64,000 nucleotides of DNA from an uncultured Megasphaera sp. (GTDB lineage Bacteria > Bacillota > Negativicutes > Veillonellales > Megasphaeraceae), in contig UQHB01000001.1 of the NCBI GenBank assembly GCA_900540735.1, positions 6,791 through 70,790 on the forward strand. Reading direction: 5' to 3'. A program made the translations under genes and the position numbers. Numbering within the stretch: the stretch's first letter is position 1; every line of letters begins with the position of its first letter. The notes under the pieces were generated by a model. It had not been told where the DNA came from. It saw only the letters and a program-made list of their open reading frames with translations, and ran no database searches. Positions 1-12,400 of the stretch are shown piece after piece.

Positions 1-568
1 CGCAGCCAACAGTGCAAGTCGGTTTGCCGCAGCCCCGTTCCGGCCCTAAATCGTAGTAAATTTCGCTGTCCGGACCACATGGGCCTTCGCCGATTTCCCA
101 AAAGTTGTCATCCATCGGGAAAATGCGTTCATCAGCAAGACCAATCATATTGTGCCAGTAATCATAAGCTTCTTTATCATCTGGGTAAATCGTAACGTAT
201 AATTTATCCTTATCCAGTTCGAGGACTTCTGTGAGAAATTCCCAGGCCCAGGAAATAGCTTCCTTCTTGAAATAATCGCCAAAGGAGAAATTCCCCAACA
301 TTTCAAAGAACGTATGATGCCGCGCTGTCCGTCCGACGTTATCAATATCGCCGGTACGGATACACTTCTGGCTCGTCGTTACACGGTGCGACGGCGGTAC
401 GAGCTTGCCTGTAAAATACGGTTTAAGCGGAGCCATGCCGGCACCGATTAAGAGCAAGCTCGGGTCGTTATGCGGAATCAAGGGGAAACTATGGAGAATT
501 AAATGTTCCTTGCTTTTGAAAAACTGTAAGTAGGCAGTGCGAATTTCATTGCCTGTCATGTATCTCAT
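1..568 (-). CDS. alaS: alanyl-tRNA synthetase, N-terminal part (runs off window)
   Basis: Manual minus-strand translation from ATG 568 (or 559) gives [27 protein letters not shown]...[17 protein letters not shown], the AlaRS class II core; RBS AGAGGAG 8 nt upstream; absent from ORF track because there is no stop in window. Confidence 0.85.
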   Translation of the reverse strand, partial: MRYMTGNEIRTAYLQFFKSKEHLILHSFPLIPHNDPSLLLIGAGMAPLKPYFTGKLVPPSHRVTTSQKCIRTGDIDNVGRTARHHTFFEMLGNFSFGDYFKKEAISWAWEFLTEVLELDKDKLYVTIYPDDKEAYDYWHNMIGLADERIFPMDDNFWEIGEGPCGPDSEIYYDLGPERGCGKPTCTVGC

Positions 569-602
569 CTAAAACACTCCTCTATGCTTTCTATATGGGA
601 AA

Positions 603-632
603 ATTATACGCCTTTTTACGCCTTTTAGGCAA
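603..632 (-). promoter_or_regulatory. sigma70-like promoter for alaS (TTGCCT-N18-TATAAT)
   Basis: Hexamers read directly on minus strand; leader only ~35 nt, no T-box. Confidence 0.5.
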
Positions 633-671
633 TAGTTTTATCGTATTTCCCATAGCTTTTCTGTATAAGGA

Positions 672-720
672 ATGGCTAGTAAGGAGTACGCAGTGAACCA
701 GGCACTGCTCACTCCCTACT
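672..720 (-). terminator. 14-bp inverted repeat downstream of P60 gene (no clear U-tract)
   Basis: ggctagtaaggagt...actccctactagcc with 1 mismatch. Confidence 0.3.
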
Positions 721-730
721 AGCCACGTGA

Positions 731-1516
731 TTACTTATGAACGCGCGCTGCGCCTACATACCGGGGACCCCAATAGGAGCTGTCCAGGCTGTCTACGCGA
801 ATACCGCCGCTGCTCGTTGCACTAATGAAATTGTTATTGCCGACATAAATCCCTGTATGGGAAATACCCGGTTCATACGTCGTAAAGAAGACTAAGTCGC
901 CAGGAACTAATTCGCTCCGTTTGACCTTATCACCAAATTCGTACTGTTCATCAGCCATACGCGGCAATTCAATGCCATTATGAGAAAAAACATATTTCGT
1001 AAAGCCGGAGCAGTCAAAACCATCTGGTGTATTGCCGCCAAAGACATAGGGCACGCCTAAATATTCATAGGCAGACGAAACGACGCTTTGGCCAAACTTT
1101 GCATTGTTGCCAGAAAATTGTTTCCACTTCGAAACCTTTCCTGTAGAGCCTTTATAATCACGGCCGCCGTTGTCGATGTTGGCATACTTACTCTTACTAC
1201 TAGCAGCCGTTGAGGCTTTGTCATTCTGCGTGAGCATTGTGCGCTTACCGGTTAATAAATAGTATGTCCAGCCACCTACTCTACCGCTGACTTCGATTTT
1301 TTTATCTTTTTGGTATTGCGATACCGCATCGGCTGTGTCTTTCGTGTACACGCCGTTTGTGTTGACATCATAGCCTAATTTCCGAAGCTGCTTCTGAATG
1401 GCTTTGACGTCATCGCCTTTACTCCCAACGGTATAATACGAAGCTGCACTTACTGGTAAGCTGGCTGCTGCTGCCAGAGCTACAACCATACAAACTTTAC
1501 TTAATTTCTTCCACAT
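731..1516 (-). CDS. secreted NlpC/P60 cell-wall hydrolase with PG-binding domain
   Basis: Signal peptide, PG_binding_1-like segment, C-terminal NlpC/P60 motif DCSGF...H. Confidence 0.85.
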   Translation of the reverse strand: MWKKLSKVCMVVALAAAASLPVSAASYYTVGSKGDDVKAIQKQLRKLGYDVNTNGVYTKDTADAVSQYQKDKKIEVSGRVGGWTYYLLTGKRTMLTQNDKASTAASSKSKYANIDNGGRDYKGSTGKVSKWKQFSGNNAKFGQSVVSSAYEYLGVPYVFGGNTPDGFDCSGFTKYVFSHNGIELPRMADEQYEFGDKVKRSELVPGDLVFFTTYEPGISHTGIYVGNNNFISATSSGGIRVDSLDSSYWGPRYVGAARVHK

Positions 1517-1527
1517 AAAGACTCCTC

Positions 1528-1645
1528 TCTGTCTCCGAGGTTAACTGACGGGTTAGGCTTGAAGGCCGCCTCCGCAAATGCTTCCTAAAACACGTGCGAT
1601 TCACCCCAATGAATTTGATTCCCCCGTACCTTATACAAGGATTCG
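1528..1645 (-). ncRNA. candidate ydaO/kimA-type (c-di-AMP) riboswitch in P60 leader
   Basis: Minus-strand leader carries ACGGGGGAAUC ... GGGGUGAAUC ... CAGUUAACCUCGGAG, resembling the pseudo-symmetric ydaO core; ends at RBS GAGAGGAG. Confidence 0.55.
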
Positions 1646-1669
1646 ACACAACTTTATGGCTTCATACCT

Positions 1670-2632
1670 TTATTTCTTATCTTGTCCGAGTTCAGCCCGC
1701 AGCCAATATAACGGCCGCTGCTTCACTTCTTCAAAAATCCTCCCAATATACTCACCAATAATGCCTAAAAAGATGAGCTGGAGCCCGCCGAATAAGCAGG
1801 CGATAATAATCGTCGTCGTCCAGCCTGGTACGGCTTCTCCGACAAGATGGCAATACAAGGCATGAAGTATCATAATTACACTAAAAAAACCACTACATAC
1901 GCCGGCATAAAAAGCCATGCGCAACGGTATCTTAGAATATGCCGTAATGCCGTCTAAGGCAAAATTGAACATTTTCCGCAAAGAAAACTTAGATTTCCCT
2001 GCGTACCGTTTGGGTGCCACAAAATCGAGGGACGTTTGCTTATAGCCAATATCCCCAATCATGCCGCGGATAAACCGGTCATGTTCCCGGAATAATTTAA
2101 ATGTAGAAAGCACTTTCTTATCAATTAAGCGAAAATCAGAGCCGCCTGGTGTAATATGGACAGGGGACATAGCATTGATAATGATGTAATACCATTTCGA
2201 TGTCAGATTCTTGAAGAAGCTCGCATCAGCCGTAGCGTCGCGAATGGTCTGAACTACGTCATATCCTTCACGCCATTTGGCTACGAGCTCTGGAATCATA
2301 GTCGGCGGATGCTGCAAATCGCCATCCATGGTAATAATGGCATCGCCACGGGCATGGTTCATGCCACACGTAATAGCTAATTGATGCCCAAAATTGCGCG
2401 CTAAAATCAAAGCCCGCACATGGGCATCTTCGTCTGTCAGCCGACTCAGTAAGAGTGGCGTTTTATCTTTTGAGCCATCGTCTACAAAAATAATTTCGTA
2501 GTTCATATCCAAGGTTTGGACGGCTTTTGTCGTTTCTTCGTAAAATTTTTTGATGTTTAATTCTTCATTATATACAGGAACGACAATAGACAACATCTGC
2601 TGTTCTTTCCCCTGTGCTGTGCTTCCTATCAT
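1670..2632 (-). CDS. GT2 polyprenyl-phosphate glycosyltransferase (GtrB/ArnC-like) with C-terminal TM helices
   Basis: VVPVYNEE...FVDDGS...DGDLQHPP GT-A motifs; two C-terminal hydrophobic helices. Confidence 0.8.
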   Translation of the reverse strand: MIGSTAQGKEQQMLSIVVPVYNEELNIKKFYEETTKAVQTLDMNYEIIFVDDGSKDKTPLLLSRLTDEDAHVRALILARNFGHQLAITCGMNHARGDAIITMDGDLQHPPTMIPELVAKWREGYDVVQTIRDATADASFFKNLTSKWYYIIINAMSPVHITPGGSDFRLIDKKVLSTFKLFREHDRFIRGMIGDIGYKQTSLDFVAPKRYAGKSKFSLRKMFNFALDGITAYSKIPLRMAFYAGVCSGFFSVIMILHALYCHLVGEAVPGWTTTIIIACLFGGLQLIFLGIIGEYIGRIFEEVKQRPLYWLRAELGQDKK

Positions 2633-2679
2633 TATTATACCATCCCAACATTTTTACTATCAAAACAGGCTGCCATTTC

Positions 2680-3021
2680 CTATGCCTGCACCGGATTTTT
2701 TAGTAATGCCGTCAACAGCTTTACAATTTCGTCCTGCGAGGCAGTGCCAATAATACGTTTCACAGGCTTTCCTCCTTGAAAGAATAGGAGCGTCGGCACG
2801 GCGACAATATCGTACTTCTTGGCTACATTTTTTAGGGCATCGACATTGACTTGTAGAACGCGGACTTGACCAGCAAATTTTGCTGCAGCAGCAGTAATTT
2901 CCGAGCCAATCGTCTTGCACGGCTCGCACCAGGGTGCCGAAAAATAGGCGATTACAATACCGGTCTTACGCATGACCTGTAACGAAAAATCGCCTTCCTT
3001 GTCGATGGAAATACATACCAT
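2680..3021 (-). CDS. thioredoxin
   Basis: WCEPCK active site, ~110 aa. Confidence 0.85.
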   Translation of the reverse strand: MVCISIDKEGDFSLQVMRKTGIVIAYFSAPWCEPCKTIGSEITAAAAKFAGQVRVLQVNVDALKNVAKKYDIVAVPTLLFFQGGKPVKRIIGTASQDEIVKLLTALLKNPVQA

Positions 3022-3061
3022 TGTCTATACCTCCTGTGTCCGCTTACAATACACCGCGTCT

Positions 3062-3090
3062 ATTATAACAAAAATAGGGGCAAAGGGCAA
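3062..3090 (-). promoter_or_regulatory. promoter for thioredoxin (TTGCCC-N17-TGtTATAAT)
   Basis: Read directly; RBS AGGAGG before ATG. Confidence 0.5.
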
Positions 3091-3117
3091 ATCTAAAAGA
3101 GAATCCAAGCCATTTAC

Positions 3118-3163
3118 CAAGAGAAAAGAGCTAGCACGCCGGGTCAGCACCGGTGTGCTAGCC
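3118..3163 (-). terminator. intrinsic terminator of the 68-aa ORF
   Basis: 13-bp stem gctagcacgccgg/ccggtgtgctagc with 7-nt loop, followed on minus strand by cuuuucucuu. Confidence 0.65.
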
Positions 3164-3194
3164 GTCTCTACTCGTTATTGCCAAATCACTTTCA

Positions 3195-3401
3195 TTATGT
3201 CTTTGTATGTGTCCTGTAAGTGCGTAATAAGGACATCAACATCGTATAAATCATATCGCCGTCTGCTTCGCCATCACGGCATAAGATACACATATTCAAA
3301 ATCAGATTGCCTTCATCGTCTGTATAATATTTAAATGATTTAAATACAGTAATGTCCTTTTCCTTTAAGTATTGCTGAAATACTTCTGCTTTTGCATTCA
3401 T
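3195..3401 (-). CDS. small hypothetical protein (68 aa), monocistronic
   Basis: RBS AGGAG 9 nt upstream; own terminator; no recognisable motif. Confidence 0.4.
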   Translation of the reverse strand: MNAKAEVFQQYLKEKDITVFKSFKYYTDDEGNLILNMCILCRDGEADGDMIYTMLMSLLRTYRTHTKT

Positions 3402-3420
3402 TATACATACTCCTAACCAA

Positions 3421-3460
3421 AGAGGTTCTGTACCGCCTCTAGGAAGACGGTACAGCCTCT
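3421..3460 (-). terminator. hairpin downstream of reconstructed tpsA stop, and 5' UTR of the small ORF
   Basis: gaggctgtaccg...cggtacagaacctc followed by uuugguu. Confidence 0.35.
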
Positions 3461-3467
3461 ACATATA

Positions 3468-6400
3468 TTTATTCTATTACAATATCCTTTTCTAACGCAT
3501 GGGAAGGCATTGCTCCCTCACCGGTGATTAAGCCGTACCGGTCATGGTAAGAAATTTCTGGCTGGTAGTACTTTCCATAGAAATCGTATCTATCGTGGTC
3601 ACTGAGGACGCGCATCCAATCCGCTGCTGTATGGCGTTTGCTGATATAGTTTTCATCTTTATCGGCATCGTACCACGTATACTTTCGTCGCCACTGTCAC
3701 CATAAAGATTGATATTGCGCACGCTCTTGCCAGTAGCGGTCTTGCCCAGGGTGACATGATTATTCTGCTGAATCGTATTATTCAACTTAGGTTTTGCTAC
3801 GGCGAGAGCTGTCTTATTATACGCTTCAGACTCGACAGTCAAGCCGAGCTTGACATCCTTGTCCTTACCGGCATAAAGATTGATGTCATTCATGCTGTAT
3901 AAGGAGCCGTCAACGGCAATCGCGTTGTTTCGGTTCAGTGTATTCTTAGCATGAGATGATGCGCCGCCAACAGCACCGCCTTGCGTATCGGCGACTGCCG
4001 TGACGGTAATGTCCATATTGTCCATAGCAGCTAAGGTAATATCACCAGTACTGCCGGCAGTCTGTAAGGATCCGCCTGAACCGACGAGGACGTTATTATT
4101 CGACGTAACCTGATTATCTACGTCAACCCACGTGGCACCAGCACCGGCTGCTTTAATATAGCCGCCAGCTGTTATATCGCCAATGGATTTCGCTTCAAAA
4201 GATTGCTTGCCATACGACAGGAGCGACCCGTTACCGACGTTGACCGCTGCCTTCGACGGCATAGTTTTCCCTATCGCCGACAGTGACCGTATTCGTCGCG
4301 CCTACAGCAACGGTACCGGCACTGACAAGGTGTAAGGCATTGAGATCGACAACAGTCGAACCTGTCATCGTGTTCTCTGCTTTCGTGACGCTCATACCGA
4401 TAGCTGTCGCTTTCAGGGCATCGGCATTGAGATTCGCCGTATCCTTTTGGGCTGCCTGAATAGAAACATCGCCATTGACGATGACACTGCCGCCGATAAT
4501 CGCTTTGGCATCTGCTGTCATCGTATTTTTGACATGTGCCGCCAGGTCTGTGCTAATCAAGGTGCCGCCACTGCCATCTGCCGTGACGAAATTATCACCA
4601 GCACCGGAAGTGCTAATTTGCAGGCTGCCGAGCCGCGTGTCTACGGTGCCAGCCTGATAGGATACAGTCGTATCAGACGTGTTTTCTGTAATGGCCAGAT
4701 TATTACCGCTCGCAAATACGCCGCCTACGACGATGCCCCGCGCGTCTGCCGCGGTTTGCGTGCTATTCTCGCCCTGGATGCGCAGGGCAGTCAAGCCTGT
4801 AGTGACTTCTTTTGTTTCTTCCTGCTTATTACCGTATTCATCCCACGTCGTTTTTACAACGGTAGTCGTCGTTTTTTCTTTGCCCTTAATGGCGCCGACC
4901 GTAGCATGGACATCTAAATCGGTCGTTGCAGTTGCCCCGTTGTGGCTCGCATTGACACCGCCGACACCGCTATTTTCTTCGACATAGACTGCGGTATTTT
5001 TCTTGTTTTCCTGCGCATAGGCGTCAGCCTTGATATTCGCTTCGTCAACGTTCAGGTAATTACCGTCGTGTACGGTCACGTCGACGCTGCCTGTCGTCTT
5101 GGCCGTAGCCGTCGCGCTAGCGCCGCCAACCAAGAGGGACGCAGCAATACTATCTGCTACGGCTTTCACAGCCGGGCTGGCAACTGCCGAAAGGGTCAGC
5201 TTCTGCCCAACCAAGATATTGCTCTTGATGTCGACTTTCGTATGACTCTGGTTAGTCGCTTCTGCTTCAATGACGCCAGCGGCTACTAAGCCGGCCGTAA
5301 TACCCAGAGTATTCGCTTCTGTCTGGCTATTATCTTGTGCCAGCACCTCGATGTCCTGCCCAGACAAGGTCGTGTTGCCAATGGTAATGACACTGTTCCC
5401 ACCAGTCTTTGCTTCGCCGAGGGCCGCGTTTACGCCTAAGAGGCCCGCACTGCCCTGATATACATTCATCGTCGCCTTGCTCGTAACGTCTGTCCCTAAG
5501 GCAATCTTCTCACCGCTAAGGGCTGTCCTGCCGGAGAGATTGACAGCGACATTGCGGTTCACATCTAGTTTACCGACACCGGCATTGACCGCTACTGCGC
5601 CAAGAGAGCCGCCGCCTAAGGTCATCTGGATGTCGCCTTTTTCTGTTGCGTCAGCACCGACGTTTTTCCCCGCTTGAATAGTACTACTATCTACATTGAC
5701 CGTAATTTGTGAGCCTTTGCCACCGCTTTCGGCATCAATAGACGGCTTCGCTGTATCGGCGCTGGAACCGGATTTCTGCATTGCCCCAGACACGACACCG
5801 TCAGCCAAGAGATTCTCTGCGCCATACGCACCGTTTGCTGTCTCAATAGAAGCGAGAGCATCTGTATCCTCCACTTTCTTGCCTACTGTGGTAATAGCAA
5901 TATTGGCACCTAAGGCACTGATGCCGACTTGGGCATTCGTCGCTAGTTGTTCAATATTCCGTGTTTCCACAGCATTGAGGTCAATATCTCCGCCTGCAGT
6001 CAGTGTACTGCCAGTAACATTCGTCTGTACCGTACTATCAATGGTATTGACCGAAACGGACGCGCCGATACCGCCAGCACCAGCGGCGTTGCTACCGAGG
6101 TATGAATCCATCGTAAAGGTGTTTTCTGCGTTGACGTCAATGCCCTGTTTCTCCGCCGTTAGTTTCGCATTGATAACGTTTACCTTGACAGTACTGTTCA
6201 TGTTGTTGACAGAGATAGTGCCGCCTACGCCAGTGCCAGCTATGCCGATGCCGTTTGCCACAAGCCAGAGCTTCGTCACCGTTTCGTTAGCCGCCGTTAC
6301 CGTAATATATTTGTCCGCAACGACCTCTGTCTTGTCTTTCGTCTGGCCAATAGTCGCTTCTGTTGTCGACTCGTCTTTGACGATATCAACAGACGCGCCG

Positions 6401-9400
6401 ACACCGGTGCCTATACCTGCACCGCCAACACTAAAGCCCCCAGCATTGACAATGCCCTTGTGGTTGGCTTTCACAGCGACAGCATCAGCCTGCACGGTGC
6501 TATCGACAATAGCCGCTTTCGTCGCGTTATCGAGCTTCGTCACGGCGACGACATCGGCTACGCCAGCACCTTGACCACCGACAGCCGCGCCAATGGTATA
6601 GCTGGAAACGCCTTGCCGCGAGTCTGCGTCTACAGCGAGTTCCTTTGCTGTAACATCACTTGCTTCGACAGTACGGCTAATGGTATTCGTATCACTGCCA
6701 AGACCAATCCCCGCGCCCTGACCGGCTACGCCGACAGTACTGACAAAGCCTGAACTATTGGCATAATCTGCCGCCGTCACCGTTACATCTCTGCCAGTAA
6801 GGGCGGCGTTGGTGACCTTCGCCGTCGTATTGCCGCCAAGGGTATTGACATTAACCGTCGGAGCCACGCCGACACCTTGTCCGGCTATAGCAGCATTGGC
6901 TAGGAAAGACTTCGTCGTATGCGTCGACGATAATGCCGTTGCGCGTTTCATCAGTCCGTTTAATCTTAGCGTTAATGTCAATGGTATCCCTAGAAATGAG
7001 GGTATCGTTGATTTCACTATCCGTTACGGCAGTGTTCGTCTTCAGCCCCTCACCATTGCCTTTGGCCTTGACTTTCGTTTTATTGTCATTCGCGTCTCCT
7101 ACACTGGCCTGCGTAGAGCCCGTGATTTCATTGACGCTGACAGAAATCCCGACACCGGCCCCCTGGCCTGCTACGTTCAGCGTGCCGACATAGTTAGAAA
7201 TGACGTCATCACTTGTCGCGATGATACCGACATTGCGATTTGCCGTGATGTTTGCGCCGTGGCCAATATGAGCCGTCACGTCATTATCAATGTATTGACA
7301 GCGACGTTACAGACACAATCTGCAATTCATTGTCTGCCTGCACGGTCACAGCGACGCCTTGGTTCTTATCTTTAGCCACTATGTCCGTCCCTTTAATATA
7401 AGCACCAGTCTGGTTTTCCAAGCCATGATAAGCCAGAGCCATGCCGACAGCAGTCTTACCAGCACTGACCTGCCCGGTTACATTAACACCAAGGACATCA
7501 TTCGTAGCAGCCGCAGAAACCGTATTAGCCGTAAGCTTAGACGAATTAATATTCGCCTTCGCCGCGCTATCTACCATTTGCCAACTCACAGAACCGACAC
7601 CGCCAAACTTTTTGCTTCCTGCGGCACCAGCGGCAACACCGACGAGGACCGTATCCGTATTGGCATCGCTTTTCACTGTATCTGCCGTAATGTTGGTATG
7701 GGAAATAGTGGACGTAAGAGTATTTTTAATATTTTCAATGGCGACAGCTGCGCCTACGCCGCCTTTACCGCCGCTTCCGGCTACTGACAAAGTACCGGTG
7801 ACAATCGTATTGCCGCCGTCTTTATCTTTTTTTGCCATAGCTTCTTCTAATTTGGTGTAATAATCGGTCGTATCGTCCAGCTTACCATCAACCTCTTCGT
7901 CTCGCTCGCCATAGGCTACAGCCTCCTTATAGCTGGCACCGGTCGCATCTAAGCCACGGTCTGTAATGTAAGTTTCATGTTTATTTACGGAATTCGTATC
8001 ATAAGCTTCGGCGCTGACTGTACCTGAAGCCGTAATCGTTGCGCCGTCAATCCGGGCATGAGCTATATTATCCAGCTCATTATAGATTCCGACACCTTGA
8101 AACGCGCCGCCGGAATCGCTCGTTGAGACAGCCAGGCCAAGGTCGGCACCAATTTGCTTCGTTCCTAAGACAGCGTCATTTTCAATGGATGCCATGTTCT
8201 GATACGTACCGCCCAGGATACCGCTTTCGACATCATTTTTCAGCGTACCGATGATAATGGAACCGCCTGCGCCATAGCCGCTCTTACCGCTGGCCGCAAT
8301 AGACGCGCTAATACCGCCTGTTACTTGGACATCACTATTAGCGGCACTGTTCGTCAGCGTCGTCTGGGCGTGATTATCCGTTTGAGCCTGAGTATCAATG
8401 AGAAGGGCATGGACATCGCTATCGCTGTGATTATACGAAACACCGACATTATCTGCTACATTCGTGCCGGAGCTTTCGCCGCTGGCCTTACTGAGCGTCA
8501 GTCCCAATCCTGCCGCTACGAGAGTGCCTTCTTTTATCGCGCTATTGGTAATACTACCGGCATTGGTCAGAGACATATTGCAGATGACAGAGACCACATC
8601 ACGGTTAATATCATTAGCCGCCGCAACGCCGCTAATACCGACAGAGGTCTTAGCATTGTTTTTGGCCGTAACCCAGTTAATGGCGGCCGCGCCACCCCAG
8701 GCACCGATGAAGACATCATCAGCAGCTGTAGACGTAAAGGAACCCTTTTCTTGTTTGTCTGCATCGGCAACGAGGGTAATCTTCGCGCCATCCGTTAAAG
8801 CACTGGTCTGGCCATTGACGATATTGACAGCCACCGAACCGGCGCCGCTGACATTGACAGATGACTTAGTGCTTTCTTCTCCCTGGCCTACAGGGCTGTT
8901 GTTCGTCGCGCCCTGGCTGGCATCGCCGCTGTTCATAGCATCACGTATAGGTTTTCCCGATACAGCACTATCTAATTTGTCGAACCCCTTATTAAGGGGC
9001 GTCGTAATTTTTTGCTGTAACCCATTAAAAATTTTTTACCTAAGCGGTCAAAGAATCCTTCTTCACCGGAATCATCACTCTTGGAAACAGCACCAGCTAC
9101 AGCGACGCTGTTGATGGTCCCTGTGGCAGTGGAATGAATATCCACGGTATGAGCCGTAATCTGGCCGTCCTTCTTCGTCTGGCCATCGCCTAAATAGGCT
9201 TTCTTTTCGTCATCGGTCAGCCCCAATACATCATCAGCTAACTGTTGCGCCTTTTTAATGGTATTGTCGCTTTCGTCACGAAGAGACAGGTCCCCTGTTT
9301 TCACGGTCGTATCGACATCAGCATCGGTATCGGCAATCCCGGCAAGGGTATTCGTATCGTACAAGTTGACTGCCGCACCGGCACCAATGGCAACGGCTTC

Positions 9401-12400
9401 AGATTGCATAAAGCCGCCGGCTACATTGGTCAACACCGTGTCATTAGAAGCAGTAATTTCGACCTTGCCTTCACTCTGGCCATCAGTATCTTTTTGAGCT
9501 TCTACGACGGCTTCATCATCTACGAGGGTAAGAGCGTTGCTGTCACCGGTCATCATATCGACCATACCGCTCAGGCCATTTTCTCCAGCTGTTCCTGCGG
9601 AGAAGACAATGCCTGTCCGGTTCAGGGAATTGGTGGCATCAATGGCCGCATCAGCACCGCGGACGACAACTCCTTCAGCGATGATAGTGACACTTTTGCC
9701 ACCAAATTACTCAAAAGCCACGCTGGCACCGCCGCCATTGCTATTAGCTTTGCCCGGCAGGAGGAATGACGACGCATTCCCTGTAAAGCTTACCGATTCG
9801 CCAGTTGTAGAGGAGGCGATGTCCGCTTTTTTCGTTGCCGCAATGACAGCATTTTTTCCGATTAGGACGTTACTGTTATTGACGACGCTGTTGATGTTTA
9901 CAGAGCCTGCCGCAGTGAGCTTCGTCTGCTTGTCATCACCATCTTTAGCCATCGTGCGGACATAGAAATTAGCGTACTGATCCGTCCCGGTAAATTGAGC
10001 TGCTTTTTGTAATACCGCTACAGGTAGCAGAATAGCATCAGGCACTTGGGAGCCATCCACAGCGATAAGAGACGCAAAATTACCAACACTAATTGCTAAA
10101 TTGGCGAAAGCGTTGCCCAAGGCCGTAAGTTTATCCTGAATCTCGCCTTCACTGCTGACACTGTCAAAATCCTTCGACGCAGCTTCTATAGCGACAATCG
10201 CGTCTTGATAGTCCTTGCTTTCTGAGAAGGGCTTACCCCGATAATATTCTTTTACAGCCTGAACCGCTTCATGCAGCTCTTTCTTGAGTTTGGCTACACG
10301 GTTGTAAGGCATTGTCGTCGTTGCCGTAACAGCTACGTTCGCGCCGGAAATATCCGTATGCTGTGTATCGGAGCCGCCTTCGATGACGACAGCGCTCGTA
10401 TTTTCCATATCGGAATAGAGGACAGCCGCGCTGACAGCACCTTTGATTTCTGAATCTTTTTGATGGTTCTGGGTCTCGCTGACGACAGTCATATGCGTAT
10501 CCTGAATATCCGTCTTCGCCGCAATAGTTGCGTTACTGCCTGCTTTTAAGGGGACGGCACCAATGGTGACTTTCGACGTATTCTGTTCGTCTACATACTG
10601 GACAGCGCCGCCAATACTGACAGTCTTACCGATTTCTTCGAGTTTGCCAATTTCTGTCGGGGACTGCATGGCATTCTGTATTTTTGAGCCTACCTTGCCT
10701 AACTTTCCTATGTCATTTTCCAACATCGTAATAAAGCTCTTCGGATTATTCCCGTTAAATAATTGATTATACGTCTGAGAGTTCATGATTTTACCGGTCA
10801 GAGCTGTCTGCAGAGCCGTACTGCCAATGGCGTTATTCGTCGTCACTGTATTTTTTTCAACAATAGTATCTGCCGTAATGGACAGGTCTTTTCCTGCCGT
10901 GACGCCGACCTATACCTTCGTTTGGGCATCACTTTCGTACTTCGTAATATTGACAGCTGTCGCAATGGCAGACGTATCCTTAGCCGACGTATGAGCCGTA
11001 GCCGTCAGGCTGTTCGTCGCCGTACTGGCAATATGAACATTACCGTTGAGGCCTTCTTGGAGCTTTGCGTCCTGACCAATCGTCACATGAGACGTATTTT
11101 TCCCATCGACCAAGAGTAAGGCCACATTAACTAAATTCGGATTGCCTTTAAAGGTCGTCGTCGTTGTCGAAGCGTCGGCTACAATTTCCGACTTGGCATC
11201 GGCGCTGATTGCCGTGCTATCTGCCGATTTAATAGTGCCATTGACCGTCGTGGACGCGTCATTTTCCGTTTTGACATAGGACACTGCCGCAGCGGGGACA
11301 GCATCGGTATGCGCTACATTTGCCAGCTTAAAGGATGATGTTTTCGCGCCAATCTGCGTACCGACGGTACTATCATCATGAATCTGTACCGCTTTTTGCG
11401 TAATATTTCCGGCTTCGTCTTTAACATCGGCACCTGTCGCCTGCACTACGCTGTCTTTATGAATATTAACTGTGGCCTGTCCCTTTAGTACCGCATAATC
11501 AGGTTCTAAATTGACAGCACCCATACCGAGGATTTCTAAAGGAATATTTTTTGCCAAATTATCCCATTTGCCGTCGTCTTCAAAGACATTTTTTGCCGTT
11601 GCGGAAATATGGACAGTCTTCCCGGTAATATTGCCATTAATGTCGATTTGCGAAACCGTCTGGGCTACGCGCTGTTTCTCGCTGGAAGCCTTCGTCGCCA
11701 AGACGACATCGCCAGTAGTAGTAATCGTACCACTTTGGGTAATCTTCGCTTCCACTGTATTATTATCCGTAATGCCAAAACCATTGGCCATGGTCGTATT
11801 AAACGTTTCATCTTTGGCGTTCATAGCTAACGCGTCAACAGCTAAGATAATATCGCCGCTGTCTTTAGCCTGTACAGCTTTTAAATCGCTAACGACGACT
11901 TTCCCTTGTCCGTCTGTAATATTGACCATCTTACCGAATTGGGCAAAATCGGTTACGCCGGACTGGAACTTCCCTGTTTTGGTAATATCAATCGTATAGC
12001 CCGCGCGAAGGTTCATGCCATTCGTCGTATACAGCGCGCCTTCGACAGTAAGCGTCCCCGATGGATTCAGAGCCACGCTGGATGGATTCGCAACCATAGC
12101 CGTAATTATGCTTTCATTACCGGGTTGCATGTACTCGTCCATCGTACCCGTTTTGAGCGTTAAGACCGTAAGAGTGCCAGCATTGATGACACCGCTGCTT
12201 GTAACGGCCATGCCATCACTACTGAGGAAGAAGAGATTACCGTCAATTTTATTCTGTTTAATGGCGTTTACTGTACCGCCAATATTGATTTTCGAACCTA
12301 CGAGATTGACCAAGTTATCGGCATAGATAGCTTGGTCTTTTTGATTGAAATACATATTGGCAATATCATTGGCCGACACATCAAATTTAGAAAATTTGTT

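Noticed and set aside
562-602. T-box upstream of alaS
   Set aside because: Leader is only ~35 nt between the TATAAT and the RBS; no T-box consensus present
4447-9114. Many long plus-strand ORFs (e.g. 5696-6574, 6809-7375, 8464-9114, 7441-7860) antisense to the TpsA gene
   Set aside because: Stop-poor reverse frames of a GC-rich Gly/Ala/Thr/Val repeat gene; Pro/Ala/Leu-rich low-complexity translations, no RBS, nested in a well-supported coding frame
9707-10912. In-frame TAG/TAA in TpsA as programmed recoding (pyrrolysine/selenocysteine/readthrough)
   Set aside because: One is TAA and one TAG; no TGA, no SECIS-like or PYLIS context; multiple frameshifts in the same gene make simple decay the parsimonious reading
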